Source: Bilabrum cf. latius (taxonomy: Eukaryota). Taken from it: a stretch of DNA of 64,000 bases. Positions 63,602 to 64,000 of the stretch are shown here, one piece after another. The notes under the pieces were generated by a model. It saw only the letters and a list, made by a program, of their open reading frames with translations. It had not been told where the DNA came from and searched no databases. Location: assembly GCA_965178125.1 (NCBI GenBank), contig OZ237776.1:372001-436000 (forward strand), written 5' to 3'. Positions within the stretch are counted from its first letter, which is position 1. Each line of letters opens with the position of its first letter. Both the position numbers and the translations under genes were made by a program.

Positions 63602-64000
63602 TTATTCCATAATATGAAGCGCTAGACTGCGTGAGTGCTCACATCTCGAGATCGGAAATTCGGAATCTCGGTTGACGGTTCGGCAACACATCACGTGACG
63701 GTGCTGCCCAACACTGCGATGCTGGGGGTGGGCGACCAAGTTGAAATATAGCGCCGCAGTGCATTCCTTGGCGACGACGCACGCAGAAAAGCAAAGTTGG
63801 CAGCAGACCGGGTTCATGCGGAGCACCCCAGAATCGCGATCGGTGTTCGCCGGTGGGCCGACACGCACCCGCCCGTCGAATTGCCGGCCGAGCTTGCGGC
63901 TAAGATATCGTACTGTAGGGATGCCTGGGCCGCTGGGCTGCGTAAGATTTTTCTTCAAGCGCCCATCCGACCAGTGGTTCCTGCTTCCATACGAACGAAA
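63602..64000 (-). CDS. Possible 3' end of a gene entering from the right edge (frame uncertain)
   Basis: One minus frame is open from 64000 to TAA 63602-63604, but a second minus frame is also open to a TGA near 63634; no recognisable motif. Confidence 0.2.
   Translation of the reverse strand, partial: FRSYGSRNHWSDGRLKKNLTQPSGPGIPTVRYLSRKLGRQFDGRVRVGPPANTDRDSGVLRMNPVCCQLCFSACVVAKECTAALYFNLVAHPQHRSVGQHRHVMCCRTVNRDSEFPISRCEHSRSLALHIME

Noticed and set aside
62046-63625. Overlapping 472-aa (minus) and 460-aa (plus) ORFs at the CDS locus
   Set aside because: Shadow frames of the GC3-rich CDP-DAG synthase; no recognisable features.
1-64000. TAGs as pseudogenisation or RIP-like CpA>TpA mutation
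   Set aside because: Random decay or CpA mutation would also create TAA (from CAA), TGA and frameshifts. None occur in >10,800 codons of the giant ORF, and housekeeping genes keep their catalytic motifs.
1-64000. TAG as Trp (A-to-I editing), pyrrolysine or Leu
   Set aside because: TAG aligns to a conserved Gln in RRP4 and swaps with CAG in repeats; no pyl genes are visible. Two sites (AFSI*NC at 29853 and RL*LNIDET at 34461) might prefer a hydrophobic residue but lie in poorly constrained positions.
1-64000. CRISPR array, rRNA, tRNA (including a suppressor tRNA-CUA), endogenous virophage/Polinton
   Set aside because: No repeat-spacer array, cloverleaf, rRNA-like segment or long AT-rich viral gene block was recognisable by eye; a tRNAscan-SE/Infernal run would be needed to exclude small RNAs.

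Overview
This is gene-dense, GC-rich eukaryotic (protist-like) nuclear DNA with few, short GT-AG introns. It appears to use a non-standard genetic code: TAG is read as a sense codon, almost certainly Gln, while TAA and TGA both remain stops. The standard-code ORF track therefore fragments the real genes. With TAG=Gln the window resolves into: (1) the 3' 32.5 kb of an apparently intronless giant surface/7TM-like membrane protein (>10,800 aa, one frame, about 100 in-frame TAGs, no TAA/TGA); (2) a pogo-superfamily DD35D DNA transposon with 30-bp TIRs, whose transposase also uses TAG as sense and carries one frameshift; (3) EXO1; (4) a signal-peptide ELWxxDGT-repeat multi-TM protein; (5) a ~3000-aa divergent myosin-IQ-RCC1 protein; (6) a WNK/NRBP-like probable pseudokinase; (7) a hypothetical protein; (8) a TPC1/SLC25A19-like mitochondrial carrier; (9) RRP4; (10) a coiled-coil protein; (11) CDP-diacylglycerol synthase. 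All frames, counts and alignments are manual, and family calls come from remembered motifs, not database searches.
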